From a virus, in IMG/VR virus record IMGVR_UViG_3300023110_001773, positions 101,638 through 165,637 of that record: DNA of 64,000 bases; one strand, given 5' to 3'. The translations under genes and the position numbers were made by a program. Positions 30,521-40,749 of the stretch are shown one piece after another. Position 1 is the stretch's first letter. Each line of letters starts with the position of its first letter. A model generated the notes under the pieces. It saw only the letters and a list, made by a program, of their open reading frames with translations, ran no database searches and was not told the origin of the DNA.

Positions 30521-30635
30521 AGATAAATGGGTCTCTCTCCCTAATTTCTTTCATTTTCTTTTTTATTCTTCGGCGCATTTTCCAATCGTCAAACTTTTGT
30601 TTTATACCGAGAAAAAACTTTTTAATTTTTTTCAT
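30513..30635 (-). CDS. 40-aa basic peptide ending RDPFIYD
   Basis: Not in the ORF track. MKKIKKFFLGIKQKFDDWKMRRRIKKKMKEIRERDPFIYD; overlaps both neighbours and fills the gap. Confidence 0.7.
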   Translation of the reverse strand: MKKIKKFFLGIKQKFDDWKMRRRIKKKMKEIRERDPFIYD

Positions 30636-31452
30636 ATCCCAGTTCTCCTAAAATTGTTTTTGTGATAAATTCGTTTTCTTGTTCGCCTGGATGCAGTAAA
30701 TCTCTAGCACGATATTTCAAACCCCCCAAATGAAGTCTTCCAGCTGGATTGAGGTATTTCTCAGTAATAAAGACCTCATCAAAACAATAAAATTTGGAAC
30801 CGTTTCTAGAACATACCGTTTCCAAAGCATCCATATTTTTTTGCATATTATAATTTAGATTTTCCTCATTGAGACACCATTGTGCATAAAAATCTCCGAA
30901 GTCGGAATTTAAAATTTTTGTTTCATCGGATTTTGCTGGAAGAAAATTGTGATAAAATGATATATCTCCATTTCCATTAGAAATTTTAATTTCCTTTCTC
31001 GATTTAGATACTACAAAACATATAACAAGTTTTGGTTTTAATATTGGTATCCAAAAAGACCCCAATCTATAACAAGTATCATTTGATCTGCCTGGTACAG
31101 AAAGGTTACATAAATTCATTCCCAGTTTTTTGGATATCGAATATGCAAAAGTTTTTTCAAGGGGCAACCCAATACCAGTAGTAATACTGCATCCTAGAAA
31201 AACTATATTATTATCAGAGTCATAAAAAGAAGGAGACCGAAAACCATACTCGTTAATTTCATAGGTTATATCAACGTTCTCCCATCTTTTCATAATTTCT
31301 GGGTATTTTAAAAAGTTTTCTTCATACAAACTTTTTTCGTCAGTGGGAAACCATTCTAATACGGTATTAAAATGTAGATCACCAGCAGCGCCTATGCCGG
31401 ACAACCCAAATGCAGTATTATGTTCTGTAGGAACACATTTTATTTTTTGCAT
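30622..31452 (-). CDS. SGNH-like protein
   Basis: INEYGFRS, LGCSITTGIG, NLSVPG.SN, ARDLLHPG. Confidence 0.7.
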   Translation of the reverse strand: MQKIKCVPTEHNTAFGLSGIGAAGDLHFNTVLEWFPTDEKSLYEENFLKYPEIMKRWENVDITYEINEYGFRSPSFYDSDNNIVFLGCSITTGIGLPLEKTFAYSISKKLGMNLCNLSVPGRSNDTCYRLGSFWIPILKPKLVICFVVSKSRKEIKISNGNGDISFYHNFLPAKSDETKILNSDFGDFYAQWCLNEENLNYNMQKNMDALETVCSRNGSKFYCFDEVFITEKYLNPAGRLHLGGLKYRARDLLHPGEQENEFITKTILGELGYEKN

Positions 31453-32624
31453 GACCTAGTATTACCATAATGGACTACAATATGGGATTTAGTTTTTGAT
31501 TCATACGTTCTCCAAGGATCAAAAATAACTACGCCTGGGACTAATTCTTCTTCATTAATTTCATCGGACTCATGCACTCTTACAATAACATCTGCTTGAT
31601 CTATGTCTTTGGTTACATTAGTATTAAATTTTTCGACATAATGTTGCACCAAAAGACTATAACTACCATTTGTATAATCTACATGTGGTTTGTAGGAATC
31701 GGAAGTGAAATAAACTTCATACCCGTGTTCACAAATTGCTCTAGCCATATTTTCTGCTTGAACATCTCTGGCTTTCATAATCTCTGCAAAAAGATCATAT
31801 CCCAAGGATAGATTGTCAGACATGAATCTAAGTGCAATGTTGTCTCTGGGATGACATGCACCACCATCACCCATCCCAGGCTTCATGTACCCAGGCCCCA
31901 TAATCCTCTGAGTACTATCTCTCAAAGCATTTGCAACAACATCCACATCAATATTACCCTGTTGTTCTGCAACATCTTGTATCATGTTTACCAAACCGAT
32001 CTTCGCACTGATAAACGTATTGTAAAATACTTTGATGCACTCGCACTCATCCCATGTACCTATTACATATCGTGGGTCGTTTTCCATAATAGACTCATAA
32101 AACTCTTTGAGTTCTTTTGCATCACCAGTTTCAGTACCATCTTCAGTGCCGATCATAACCATCTCTGGATTCACCATATCCCATGCAACAGTTCCCATGG
32201 CAATAAGGTAGGGATTATATACAAATCGAGTGTTTGTGACTAGAGGTACAAATTCTCTGCGTACAGTGCCAGGCAAAACAGTACTGATAAGAACAAGCAA
32301 CTGATCCTTGTTCATATGATTATTTGCTTCTTCTATAACATGTTGAACAATCCCATATCCAAAGTCTTTTGGTGGTAAGTGATATGTTGGAGTCTCTCCG
32401 CCATATTCTGGATCGTGTGGGGTGGGGACAGCGACAAAAACAATATCTCTATCTGCAACAGTATCTTTGATCGTTGGTCGCATATCAATATCGGTGTCAA
32501 TCGTTGCAACATCATAAGCTACAACATCGTGTCCTTTCTCTGCAATCACCTCTCCACAGGGTTGACCCAGTTTGCCAAATCCAATAAAACCAATTTTCAT
32601 AATGTTTTCAAATCCTCTATCCAT
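31440..32624 (-). CDS. UDP-glucose/GDP-mannose dehydrogenase family protein
   Basis: GFGKLG, VAVPTP, STVLPGT, GGACHPRD; probable start MKIGFIG at 32600. Confidence 0.9.
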   Translation of the reverse strand: MDRGFENIMKIGFIGFGKLGQPCGEVIAEKGHDVVAYDVATIDTDIDMRPTIKDTVADRDIVFVAVPTPHDPEYGGETPTYHLPPKDFGYGIVQHVIEEANNHMNKDQLLVLISTVLPGTVRREFVPLVTNTRFVYNPYLIAMGTVAWDMVNPEMVMIGTEDGTETGDAKELKEFYESIMENDPRYVIGTWDECECIKVFYNTFISAKIGLVNMIQDVAEQQGNIDVDVVANALRDSTQRIMGPGYMKPGMGDGGACHPRDNIALRFMSDNLSLGYDLFAEIMKARDVQAENMARAICEHGYEVYFTSDSYKPHVDYTNGSYSLLVQHYVEKFNTNVTKDIDQADVIVRVHESDEINEEELVPGVVIFDPWRTYESKTKSHIVVHYGNTRSCKK

Positions 32625-33628
32625 TGTTTGTTTTTTGTGATTAATTCTATCATTAGATTACGATTATTTTCCAACCTATTATATATGGAAGAATAAATTC
32701 TGTCAAGTTCTTCTATGGGAGTAAGGCACACCTTTTTTAAATCCTTTACCAAGTTGTCAGTTCTTTTATCTCTATCAACATCAAGTCCAACATTGGGAAA
32801 CAAATCTTCAAAAGTATCGAATCCAAATTCTCTTAGTTTTGGATATAAGTTTCTATCCCCCAAAGCAAGAAAAGGTCTTAATCCTATAATTGGTTTAAAA
32901 ATCTTTTCGCTCAGAAAAACATCTGTATGAGCAGCACTTTCCGTAACAACATTGACAAAGTGGGAGTTCCAATGCGTTGGGTCTCCCAGAGAAATTATAT
33001 CATTTGCTATATGTTTGTCAGATAAAACTTCGTGGTCATAAAACATATTTACCAGTTCTGGTGGTCTATTTTCTTCAAGAATAATTGGGTGTTCAAAATT
33101 GTATCCGGCGTCTCTTTGTAATACAGATATGTTTCCTTTTTTATAAATTGTTTCTTGTTCAAAAATCTTATTTAACAAGTGCCTTCTATGATCATTGGGT
33201 TTGTTATTTAAACACATAAAATGATATTGTAAATTTGGTTTTGATGTGTAGCATTCATCAAAAAAATATTTTTTGTAAAAATCTATAAATTCAACCCAAA
33301 AACTGAAATAGTGTCCCTCAGAAGTGTTTCCAATATGAGTGCAATCAAATCTATATTGTAGAAATATATGAGCAGCAGTACACACTGGTTCGCAGTGTGT
33401 ATTCATCCAATCCATACCAGAATATAGAAATGCTCTTTTTTTGTCTGTAGTAATTTGCCAATCAACAAATTTTTGAAATGTTATTGGATCATTTATCCAA
33501 GTGGTATCAATAAGACAAACATCATCTGGTATAAGTTCAAGAATCCTTTTGAAAAAAACCCTGTCAAAATCTGTAATCTGGTTGTTGCCAGATTTTATTG
33601 ATGGCCCATTCGTAAAATAATCAGTCAT
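32597..33628 (-). CDS. Putative glycosyltransferase-like protein (paralog 1)
   Basis: CLNNKPNDHR and VVTES..FLSEKIFKPIIGLRPF..GFDTF motifs. Confidence 0.5.
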   Translation of the reverse strand: MTDYFTNGPSIKSGNNQITDFDRVFFKRILELIPDDVCLIDTTWINDPITFQKFVDWQITTDKKRAFLYSGMDWMNTHCEPVCTAAHIFLQYRFDCTHIGNTSEGHYFSFWVEFIDFYKKYFFDECYTSKPNLQYHFMCLNNKPNDHRRHLLNKIFEQETIYKKGNISVLQRDAGYNFEHPIILEENRPPELVNMFYDHEVLSDKHIANDIISLGDPTHWNSHFVNVVTESAAHTDVFLSEKIFKPIIGLRPFLALGDRNLYPKLREFGFDTFEDLFPNVGLDVDRDKRTDNLVKDLKKVCLTPIEELDRIYSSIYNRLENNRNLMIELITKNKQWIEDLKTL

Positions 33629-35330
33629 ATAATCTTAGTTCATTAAAAATATTTCTATGTTCAGCGATACGAACAGAAGAACAGTTTTTAAAATGTTCGT
33701 AGTTTCTATAGAGTTTAGGTCTGACCGACTCGTACAGTCTAAATTTTTCTGCATGGGTTAGTGTTTTCCATCTTTCTAAATTTCTAATAATATGTGACAT
33801 TCTTTTCTTCGGGTTTAAAATAGAATCATACGTCTCATCAAACATTTCTGGAAATGTTTCGTACCCCATATCTCTGAGGTGTTCTAATGTGCCTGGTGAA
33901 CCCACTACCATGAATGGAATTCTATAAGCAAAACACTTATAAATCTTCTCTGTAATCTGCAAACAATTACTATCATCTAAACCGAAAAGAGTTTCACTAA
34001 CTAAAGCAAAAAATGATTTTCTGTAGTGATCCAACGTGATCCTTCTATCATCTTTGGTCACCGAGTCCGTATTGATGTCAATAGATATAATATCATTTTT
34101 ATGCCAAAATTTATAGAAAAATTCTCGTTGTGTTTCAAATTCCATGATCGTGTTGGGCGCAGTCCACTCGTTAGAAACCCAATCTTCTATAGTATCTTCC
34201 CTGTATTCAGATTTAGTATAAAAATATTTGAACTTCCAATAAAGTTCTGGATGTTCTTCTGGGTTCTCGTCTCTGGCTAAAAAACTAATGTAAGAGTTAT
34301 TATTGTCATATCCCAATCTAAATAATTCAGAGACAATTACTGGTCTATGGGGTCTTACTCTTGCATTCAGGCAGATCAAATCTCTTTCTTTTTCCGTGGA
34401 TGGGGGGACATCTGCCATAACTTCATCAAGTCTGATATCTCTATATTCGTCTGCCCATTGCAATCTAGGCCAGCCGGGTTTATTGGTATCTTGTTTAGAT
34501 TTTTTAACTTGTTCTGGTAAATCTTCAAACTCGATGTAAGCATCTCGATGTTTGGAACAATGATAATCACCAAAACTTTCAACAGATTTGTACTTATCAA
34601 AGTTGTGGGAAGGATTGAATCTCCAACAAGTTCTGGAAACATATTGTTTGAAGTAATGTTCATGGAAAAAATCAATGCCAAAACATTTTTTAAATTCAAA
34701 TTCTATTTCTGGATTGGCCCTCTTCCACCTGTCAAAGTTTTTTTGTACATTAAAATCACCGTAGATAAAATAATGTACTCCTCCACTTAGGTCATAATCT
34801 ACAATTTTTTTAACAAGTCTAGTCATCCAAGGATTATCGTTGACAACATCTCTCAAAGATGCCATCCCAAATCCCTCGTGCGGAAACCAGAAAACCATTG
34901 CCATCTTTCTTTCTCTAACCATCTGCAAGGCATGATGATTACATCCACAGAAAATGTCTTCTACGTTCACATGTACTTGTACAATTTCTATGAAATAAAG
35001 GTTGTCTCTGTCAACGTAAGTATCATTCCAATCAGAAATATCTTTCATTTCAAATGGAATGCCCATTCTTTCATAAAGGTCAACAATATCAGTAGGGCCG
35101 AAACAAACTTTATTATGTGGGTCTGATGAACTATTTTTTTGTGGATATTCGCCTTTAGCCAACTCCCTTATAGGGGGCAGTTTATCAAACCAGAGGATAG
35201 GGGGTTGGTTAGAAATTTTTCTGGGATTAGTTTTAAGTACAGATATCTCTTTTCTAAGAGATTGTACTTCATCCAGAACTTTTTGTAATAAAGTCTGGAT
35301 ATTCCCAAGGTCTGTTTCTGATGCCGCCAT
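33621..35330 (-). CDS. Putative glycosyltransferase-like protein (paralog 2)
   Basis: CLNARVRPHR and LVSET..ITEKIYK..PFMVVG..GYETF..DETYD motifs. Confidence 0.5.
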   Translation of the reverse strand: MAASETDLGNIQTLLQKVLDEVQSLRKEISVLKTNPRKISNQPPILWFDKLPPIRELAKGEYPQKNSSSDPHNKVCFGPTDIVDLYERMGIPFEMKDISDWNDTYVDRDNLYFIEIVQVHVNVEDIFCGCNHHALQMVRERKMAMVFWFPHEGFGMASLRDVVNDNPWMTRLVKKIVDYDLSGGVHYFIYGDFNVQKNFDRWKRANPEIEFEFKKCFGIDFFHEHYFKQYVSRTCWRFNPSHNFDKYKSVESFGDYHCSKHRDAYIEFEDLPEQVKKSKQDTNKPGWPRLQWADEYRDIRLDEVMADVPPSTEKERDLICLNARVRPHRPVIVSELFRLGYDNNNSYISFLARDENPEEHPELYWKFKYFYTKSEYREDTIEDWVSNEWTAPNTIMEFETQREFFYKFWHKNDIISIDINTDSVTKDDRRITLDHYRKSFFALVSETLFGLDDSNCLQITEKIYKCFAYRIPFMVVGSPGTLEHLRDMGYETFPEMFDETYDSILNPKKRMSHIIRNLERWKTLTHAEKFRLYESVRPKLYRNYEHFKNCSSVRIAEHRNIFNELRLYD

Positions 35331-36435
35331 CTACTAAAATCTCATAAAATTCTGGAAAAGTTTTTTTGTAGTCTTCTTCTCTTACTGAGTCAAGTCTTTC
35401 TGTCACCGCAATGAAACCCAAGTCTAACTTATCGTGTTCGGCCTCTTGCATCATAAAGTTTATAATGGCATCGGTGTTGGGAATATTTATAATTTTCTCA
35501 CGAACTTTATCTTTGCTGGAATCTGGCATATTACGAACACAATATTGTCTGGGGAAGTGCAACAAATTGAAATAAATGTTATTACCATCAAATGTTTCTA
35601 CAAAATCATTCAAATAATATACGTTAAACAAACTAACAGTATGACATATTTGTATGTTGAGAAATTTATGGGATTTGAAATGATTGAAGTTTTCCCAAAC
35701 CTCATCCCACACAGCACCACTGCGAATATACTCAAATTGTTCTCCAACGCCATCTATACTGAACATGATTTCACAGTGTTTAAATTCTTTCCACAGATCA
35801 AATATTTCTTTGGGGGGTCTAATTGTTCCGTTTGTATTGTAATGTATGGCAATGTTCTTGGCATAACCAGAATCAACTGCATGTCGCAACAGATCAAAAT
35901 GTTGATCTATCATAAAAGGTTCTCCACCAGTAAAATCCATATGTTCTACTGTCGGCATAATTTTATCAAGTTCTTCCCAGACGCCAGGATTCTTTTTCAC
36001 CCACAAAGCATCTTTGTTATCAAGCACTCTTCCGTACATTTTAATTTCATCTGCCTTCCAACTGGAAGAGTTTACACTTCCACAAGATCGACATTTTAGA
36101 TTACACAATGTACCAAACTTTAAATCAAGATAAACTGGGGGAGTTATATCTTTTCCTATTTTGTCTACATGATTAGAAAACCTGTCGATATCTTGCAATC
36201 TTTTTGACTTGTATCCAGCATCTTCGTTCTGCCAACACATAGCACAACCAGAAGGCATTTTTCCATCAAGAAATTCTTGTCGCAGATTATTGTACTTTTC
36301 GCCACTCCAAATGTCCATCAAGGATTCTTCTTTGAGATTCCCCATTGGTTCACCACGATATAAACAACATGGTTTGGCAGTACCTTCTGTAGTAAACTCG
36401 GTGTGTATCCAAGGCAGTAAACAAATTTTATCCAC
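35269..36435 (-). CDS. N-terminal twitch-domain radical SAM protein 1
   Basis: CLLPWIH..PCC..C..C, then CNLKCRSC and TGGEP. Confidence 0.9.
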   Translation of the reverse strand: MDKICLLPWIHTEFTTEGTAKPCCLYRGEPMGNLKEESLMDIWSGEKYNNLRQEFLDGKMPSGCAMCWQNEDAGYKSKRLQDIDRFSNHVDKIGKDITPPVYLDLKFGTLCNLKCRSCGSVNSSSWKADEIKMYGRVLDNKDALWVKKNPGVWEELDKIMPTVEHMDFTGGEPFMIDQHFDLLRHAVDSGYAKNIAIHYNTNGTIRPPKEIFDLWKEFKHCEIMFSIDGVGEQFEYIRSGAVWDEVWENFNHFKSHKFLNIQICHTVSLFNVYYLNDFVETFDGNNIYFNLLHFPRQYCVRNMPDSSKDKVREKIINIPNTDAIINFMMQEAEHDKLDLGFIAVTERLDSVREEDYKKTFPEFYEILVDGGIRNRPWEYPDFITKSSG

Positions 36436-37672
36436 GCAAAACCTCTAGTTCTGGGAAGGTCTTAAAAAAGTCTTCGTTTCTAATAATATCTAAGGTTTCC
36501 ATTTTATGTAAAAATGGTTTTATCAAATCTTGTCTATCTTCTGAATTCATGAATGTCATCAGAGATTCAAAATCATTTGCAACAGCATTATGGCCATATT
36601 TCTTCAACATGTCAACGTGTATTCTATATTGAGTTGTCAACATTTTCTTGGTTTCTATCGGAAGAATTTGTAAACTTAGGAGAGGGGGTTCCATAACAGG
36701 ATTCACATGAAACTTATCTAAACCAGATATAAATTCTTGATCAAATAAGGCTTGATGAAACTTGATGCAATGAAATGCATTTTGAACACTGACCGTACAG
36801 TTTACATAAAAGTCAACATGAGGACAAAGTTCTTTCATCTTTTCTCTGTTCTGAACAAACTGATCCCACTTGAAACCACTGCGAATGAGTTCACCCTGTT
36901 CTTTCATTCCGTCAATACTAGCACCAACACTGACGTTTTTGAATTTCGGCCAATATTCAAGAACATGCAAGTCCTTGTATCGCATCTCACTGAAATTCGT
37001 GTTGTATCTAATCTGCACATCGTGTCTACCCATCTCATCAAGTTTTTTCAAGATGCGATAGTGTTCTTCCATGATCAATGGTTCACCACCAGCAAAGTAA
37101 ATGATTTCTACATCTTCAAAGTAAGGTTGTATGTCTTCCCACAAATCAAAGTGTACTTCTCTGGGAATATCATCTGGCAAAAATTTTCTGCCAGTTTCCA
37201 TCTCTGCAATTTTCTTAGTATCACTGTACCATCCCGTACTCAACTGAGGCCCACAACTTCTGCACTTAAAATTGCAAACGTTTGAAAACCGAAAGTCCCA
37301 GTAAGACAATCTAATCTCGTCAACGGAACCATCATCGTTGGTAGATTCTATCAAATCACTATGTTGATTAAAATCTCTGTTTGAACTCATTCTAAAAGAG
37401 TGAGCGCCGCAGTCTTCTTGTATGTAACACCTCTGGCAACTTTCGGGTCTTTTGTTATCCAACATCTCAAGACGAATTTTTTTCATCTTGTCATCGTTGA
37501 ATATTTCTTGAAGACTTTTTTCGTTTAGATTGCCTACACGGTGTTCCATTGGAGAAATGCAACATGGGTATACTGACCCGTTTGGCCATGTATGCAAATG
37601 TATCCAAGGTATAATACAAAGATTGTCGTTCTTTATCTTTGTCTTTGTGGGATTATTTTTTCCTTTACTCAT
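36428..37672 (-). CDS. N-terminal twitch-domain radical SAM protein 2
   Basis: CIIPWIH..PCC..CQRC; CNFKCRSC; AGGEP. Confidence 0.9.
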   Translation of the reverse strand: MSKGKNNPTKTKIKNDNLCIIPWIHLHTWPNGSVYPCCISPMEHRVGNLNEKSLQEIFNDDKMKKIRLEMLDNKRPESCQRCYIQEDCGAHSFRMSSNRDFNQHSDLIESTNDDGSVDEIRLSYWDFRFSNVCNFKCRSCGPQLSTGWYSDTKKIAEMETGRKFLPDDIPREVHFDLWEDIQPYFEDVEIIYFAGGEPLIMEEHYRILKKLDEMGRHDVQIRYNTNFSEMRYKDLHVLEYWPKFKNVSVGASIDGMKEQGELIRSGFKWDQFVQNREKMKELCPHVDFYVNCTVSVQNAFHCIKFHQALFDQEFISGLDKFHVNPVMEPPLLSLQILPIETKKMLTTQYRIHVDMLKKYGHNAVANDFESLMTFMNSEDRQDLIKPFLHKMETLDIIRNEDFFKTFPELEVLRG

Positions 37673-38933
37673 AATCTTTTATCAATTCATAAAGTTCTGG
37701 AAAAGTTTTTTCAAAGGACTGTTTTCTCAACTCGTCCATTGATCTGGTTTTTTCAAAAAACATTTTCATGTTTCCTGATACTCCGCCGCCCCATCTATTT
37801 TCACCATCGACACTGAGATAATTTTTTATATCGTTGTATCCCTGATATCCTTCAAGTCTCTGCAAAACAACTTTTTGAACTTCTTTTGGCAAAACCCTGC
37901 AATCAAAGTGTTCTGGATCATTCACAAAGTTATGACTAATATGCAAAGATGAATCTTCTAGGGGGTGACCCCTCAGAGGAACCTTATCCTTGAAAAATTC
38001 ATAGAACTCTGGTACATAGTAGACATTATATGTAGATACCGTCTGCAAGATATTGTAATTAATGTTTTTATATCTAGCAGTCATACTCATCATCCAAGTG
38101 ACAAACTCTAAAACCTTTTCCCACTTGGTAAATGTTCTGATATATTCATTCCTGTCGCCAACATCATCAATGGACAACATAAACTGAACGTGTTTAAAAT
38201 TCTTCCAAATTTCTTCGTAGTCCTTGTTCACCACGGTGCAATTTGTCGAATAAACTATTTCAACATTTTTGGCCAATCCCATATCAACCAGAGTTGACAG
38301 AAAATCCATATGTTTATCAACAATGAATGGTTCGCCACCATTGATATACAATACTTTGAGTTTGTCGCATCTTGTTATCAGTTTATCCCAAAAGCCCTGA
38401 TCCAAAGGCCAGTTGAAATTTTTCTGACTCATCATCTCTGGTAGTGCCGGACGTTCTGGGTAAATTACATCCCAATCTTTCATCCACCGAGAGCTAGAAT
38501 ATGGATTGCATGTACGACACTGTACATTGCAGTGGTTACCCAAACGCAATTCAACAAATTCATAATTGACTTCTTTAAGTGTTCCATCTTCGTTTGTGAT
38601 ACTCTTAGCGTATTCAACATCCATAGGGACTCTACGACTTTCATAGTATCGTTTACTCTTGACACCGACACTCTCCAAATCCCAGCACTTTCTACACTCA
38701 ACGGGTTGTTCTCCGTTTAACATTTTTTTCCTGACTTTGCTAAAACTATCAGAATTGGTAATCTTAGAAAAGTCATCAACATTCTGTAGTGTGATCAGTT
38801 TTCTTCCATGTCCATAGTCGTTGAAAGCTTGAGAAATGCCATCCTGTTGTTCTGATTCGCAACATAGGGTGCAAACACCGTGTGGGTGTGTTGCTAAGTG
38901 ATTCCACGGAAGTGGACAAAAAGTTTTACTCAC
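37665..38933 (-). CDS. N-terminal twitch-domain radical SAM protein 3
   Basis: CPLPWNH..LCC..CRKC; CNVQCRTC; NGGEP. Confidence 0.9.
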   Translation of the reverse strand: MSKTFCPLPWNHLATHPHGVCTLCCESEQQDGISQAFNDYGHGRKLITLQNVDDFSKITNSDSFSKVRKKMLNGEQPVECRKCWDLESVGVKSKRYYESRRVPMDVEYAKSITNEDGTLKEVNYEFVELRLGNHCNVQCRTCNPYSSSRWMKDWDVIYPERPALPEMMSQKNFNWPLDQGFWDKLITRCDKLKVLYINGGEPFIVDKHMDFLSTLVDMGLAKNVEIVYSTNCTVVNKDYEEIWKNFKHVQFMLSIDDVGDRNEYIRTFTKWEKVLEFVTWMMSMTARYKNINYNILQTVSTYNVYYVPEFYEFFKDKVPLRGHPLEDSSLHISHNFVNDPEHFDCRVLPKEVQKVVLQRLEGYQGYNDIKNYLSVDGENRWGGGVSGNMKMFFEKTRSMDELRKQSFEKTFPELYELIKDYE

Positions 38934-39451
38934 AGGAACATACCTTTTACATCAATATTAACATTTACATCTGGTTGATCTAAATCCAATCTTCTAGTAT
39001 ATTTTTCCCCGTCATTGCGATCCTCCAACCAAACAAGTTTTCCACCAAATTCTTTATATATTTTTGACTGCCACTCCAGACACTTCAGTATTACTTTAAA
39101 AGAGTATTCCAATGAAACTTGCATATCCGCATCCCAATCTGGTTCTGTAAGCTTTTGCCACGGATGCCAATCATTTGAAATTCCACAATAGGCATGTGAC
39201 TTAATTTGATTGGAAACATCCTCTCTCAGAGTGTAGTATATTTCATCAGCATTTTCTAGATAATCTTTTTTAAATTGTTCGTAATATCTATCATAATGAA
39301 ACTGATCTGGAATTACTTTATATACGTCCAACTCTGGTGTGGGTGGTCTATAATCACAAACGGTGTTGTGCAACCATTCATCACCATCTCCTCCGAGGAG
39401 AAGAGAAAAGGTAGTAGAACCAGTTCTATAATTTGCAATTATTAATTTCAT
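38930..39451 (-). CDS. Putative sulfotransferase-like protein
   Basis: N-terminal RTGST resembles the PAPS-binding loop; later R....Q..S as in Stf0-type enzymes. Confidence 0.5.
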   Translation of the reverse strand: MKLIIANYRTGSTTFSLLLGGDGDEWLHNTVCDYRPPTPELDVYKVIPDQFHYDRYYEQFKKDYLENADEIYYTLREDVSNQIKSHAYCGISNDWHPWQKLTEPDWDADMQVSLEYSFKVILKCLEWQSKIYKEFGGKLVWLEDRNDGEKYTRRLDLDQPDVNVNIDVKGMFL

Positions 39452-40749
39452 ATATTATCCCACCAATCCACTGCATCACCATACAGCGTATCTCTAAATG
39501 TAATACAACTATTTCTTTTTTCGTCTAGAAATTCTTGAAAGGATTTGCCACGTTTTAACCCATCACAATATGTTTCTGGCCATTGTTCATCAAATGACTG
39601 TCTATTTATTAGGTTGTTCAAAGAGTCAGTATACACACGATTCTTCCAAGTGGTGTATGGTGCTAAATCCGAGATGAGACTTTCACAAAGTGGTTTTGAA
39701 ATATGTTTTGGCAAACACATCGGACTCATTACAACAGATGGGTCAAATGCAAAAGTAAACTTGAAGTATGACTTTACATTCAGTCTGAATGCTTCATGAA
39801 ACAAATCCTTCAGATAGAACAGGCCGGGCGTTGTCAACGTTACATCAAACACCATTGCATCATCACCAAACTGGTCGATCAAAAACAATCCCTCTTGAAA
39901 GTTTTCGATCCACTCATTCCACTTCAACCCGTCTCTGATATATTCCCCAACGGTATACGCTCCGTCAATACTTGCACAAATGTTTACTTTCTTAAAGTGC
40001 GGCAGTAAGTCATAGAGGTGAGACCCGTTAAATGATGTTCTACTCAAATTCGTATTATATCTTACCGTAACATTTTTTGAGTGACCACTATCAACAAGTT
40101 GTTGCATGACAGTCCAGTGACGTTCCCACATTAGAGGTTCCCCACCAACCCAATAAATCTCTTCTATCGTTTCGTTGTCAACAGCACGTTGCAATTCTTC
40201 TTCTAAAACTTCTTTTTGAAAATTGCCGATTTGTTTTCTCGTATTGGGTTCCAACCAAGGTTCTTCTGTTATATCAATGAGGTTGAGTTTCTTTTTCTCA
40301 GCTTCCCAACTGCTGGACAATTGTTCGCCACACATCCTACACTTAAAGTTGCATAGATTAGATATTCTATAGTCATATGAAACTGGATGGTCACTATAGT
40401 AACCATCTGGCGATGTATTGGATATTATACTTTCCACTTTATGCGGAAACAAGGTTTCCGTGAAATATTTTTTATATGTGTGCAAGTTCAATATCTGATC
40501 ATTACAAACTTCGCATTGGGGCAAACGTTCGCCGGCCAACATTCTTTTACGAATGTCTTTCATGTAATCGCTGTTCCAGTGTTCTTCTAATGATACTGGT
40601 TCAAACTTACCCTTTGCGGTTCCGCTATCAATATACTGTTTTTGAAATGAGGCCTCTTCTCTGCTAGCACAACAAAGTCTACGTTCTCCTTGCGGGGAGA
40701 CGTATGTGTGAGTCCACGGTGCAGTACAGAAGTAGGGATTATCTTTCAA
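39448..40749 (-). CDS. N-terminal twitch-domain radical SAM protein 4
   Basis: CTAPWTH..LCC..CEVC; CNFKCRMC; VGGEP. Confidence 0.9.
   Translation of the reverse strand: MKDNPYFCTAPWTHTYVSPQGERRLCCASREEASFQKQYIDSGTAKGKFEPVSLEEHWNSDYMKDIRKRMLAGERLPQCEVCNDQILNLHTYKKYFTETLFPHKVESIISNTSPDGYYSDHPVSYDYRISNLCNFKCRMCGEQLSSSWEAEKKKLNLIDITEEPWLEPNTRKQIGNFQKEVLEEELQRAVDNETIEEIYWVGGEPLMWERHWTVMQQLVDSGHSKNVTVRYNTNLSRTSFNGSHLYDLLPHFKKVNICASIDGAYTVGEYIRDGLKWNEWIENFQEGLFLIDQFGDDAMVFDVTLTTPGLFYLKDLFHEAFRLNVKSYFKFTFAFDPSVVMSPMCLPKHISKPLCESLISDLAPYTTWKNRVYTDSLNNLINRQSFDEQWPETYCDGLKRGKSFQEFLDEKRNSCITFRDTLYGDAVDWWDNI

Noticed and set aside
30513-30635. RiPP precursor for the rSAM array
   Set aside because: No leader/core pattern, no RRE/PqqD domain, peptidase or exporter; fits better as a carbamoyltransferase partner
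35434-37285. Long + strand ORFs (221 and 177 aa) opposite the rSAM genes
   Set aside because: Antisense shadows with no motifs; the same applies to most nested ORFs in the track
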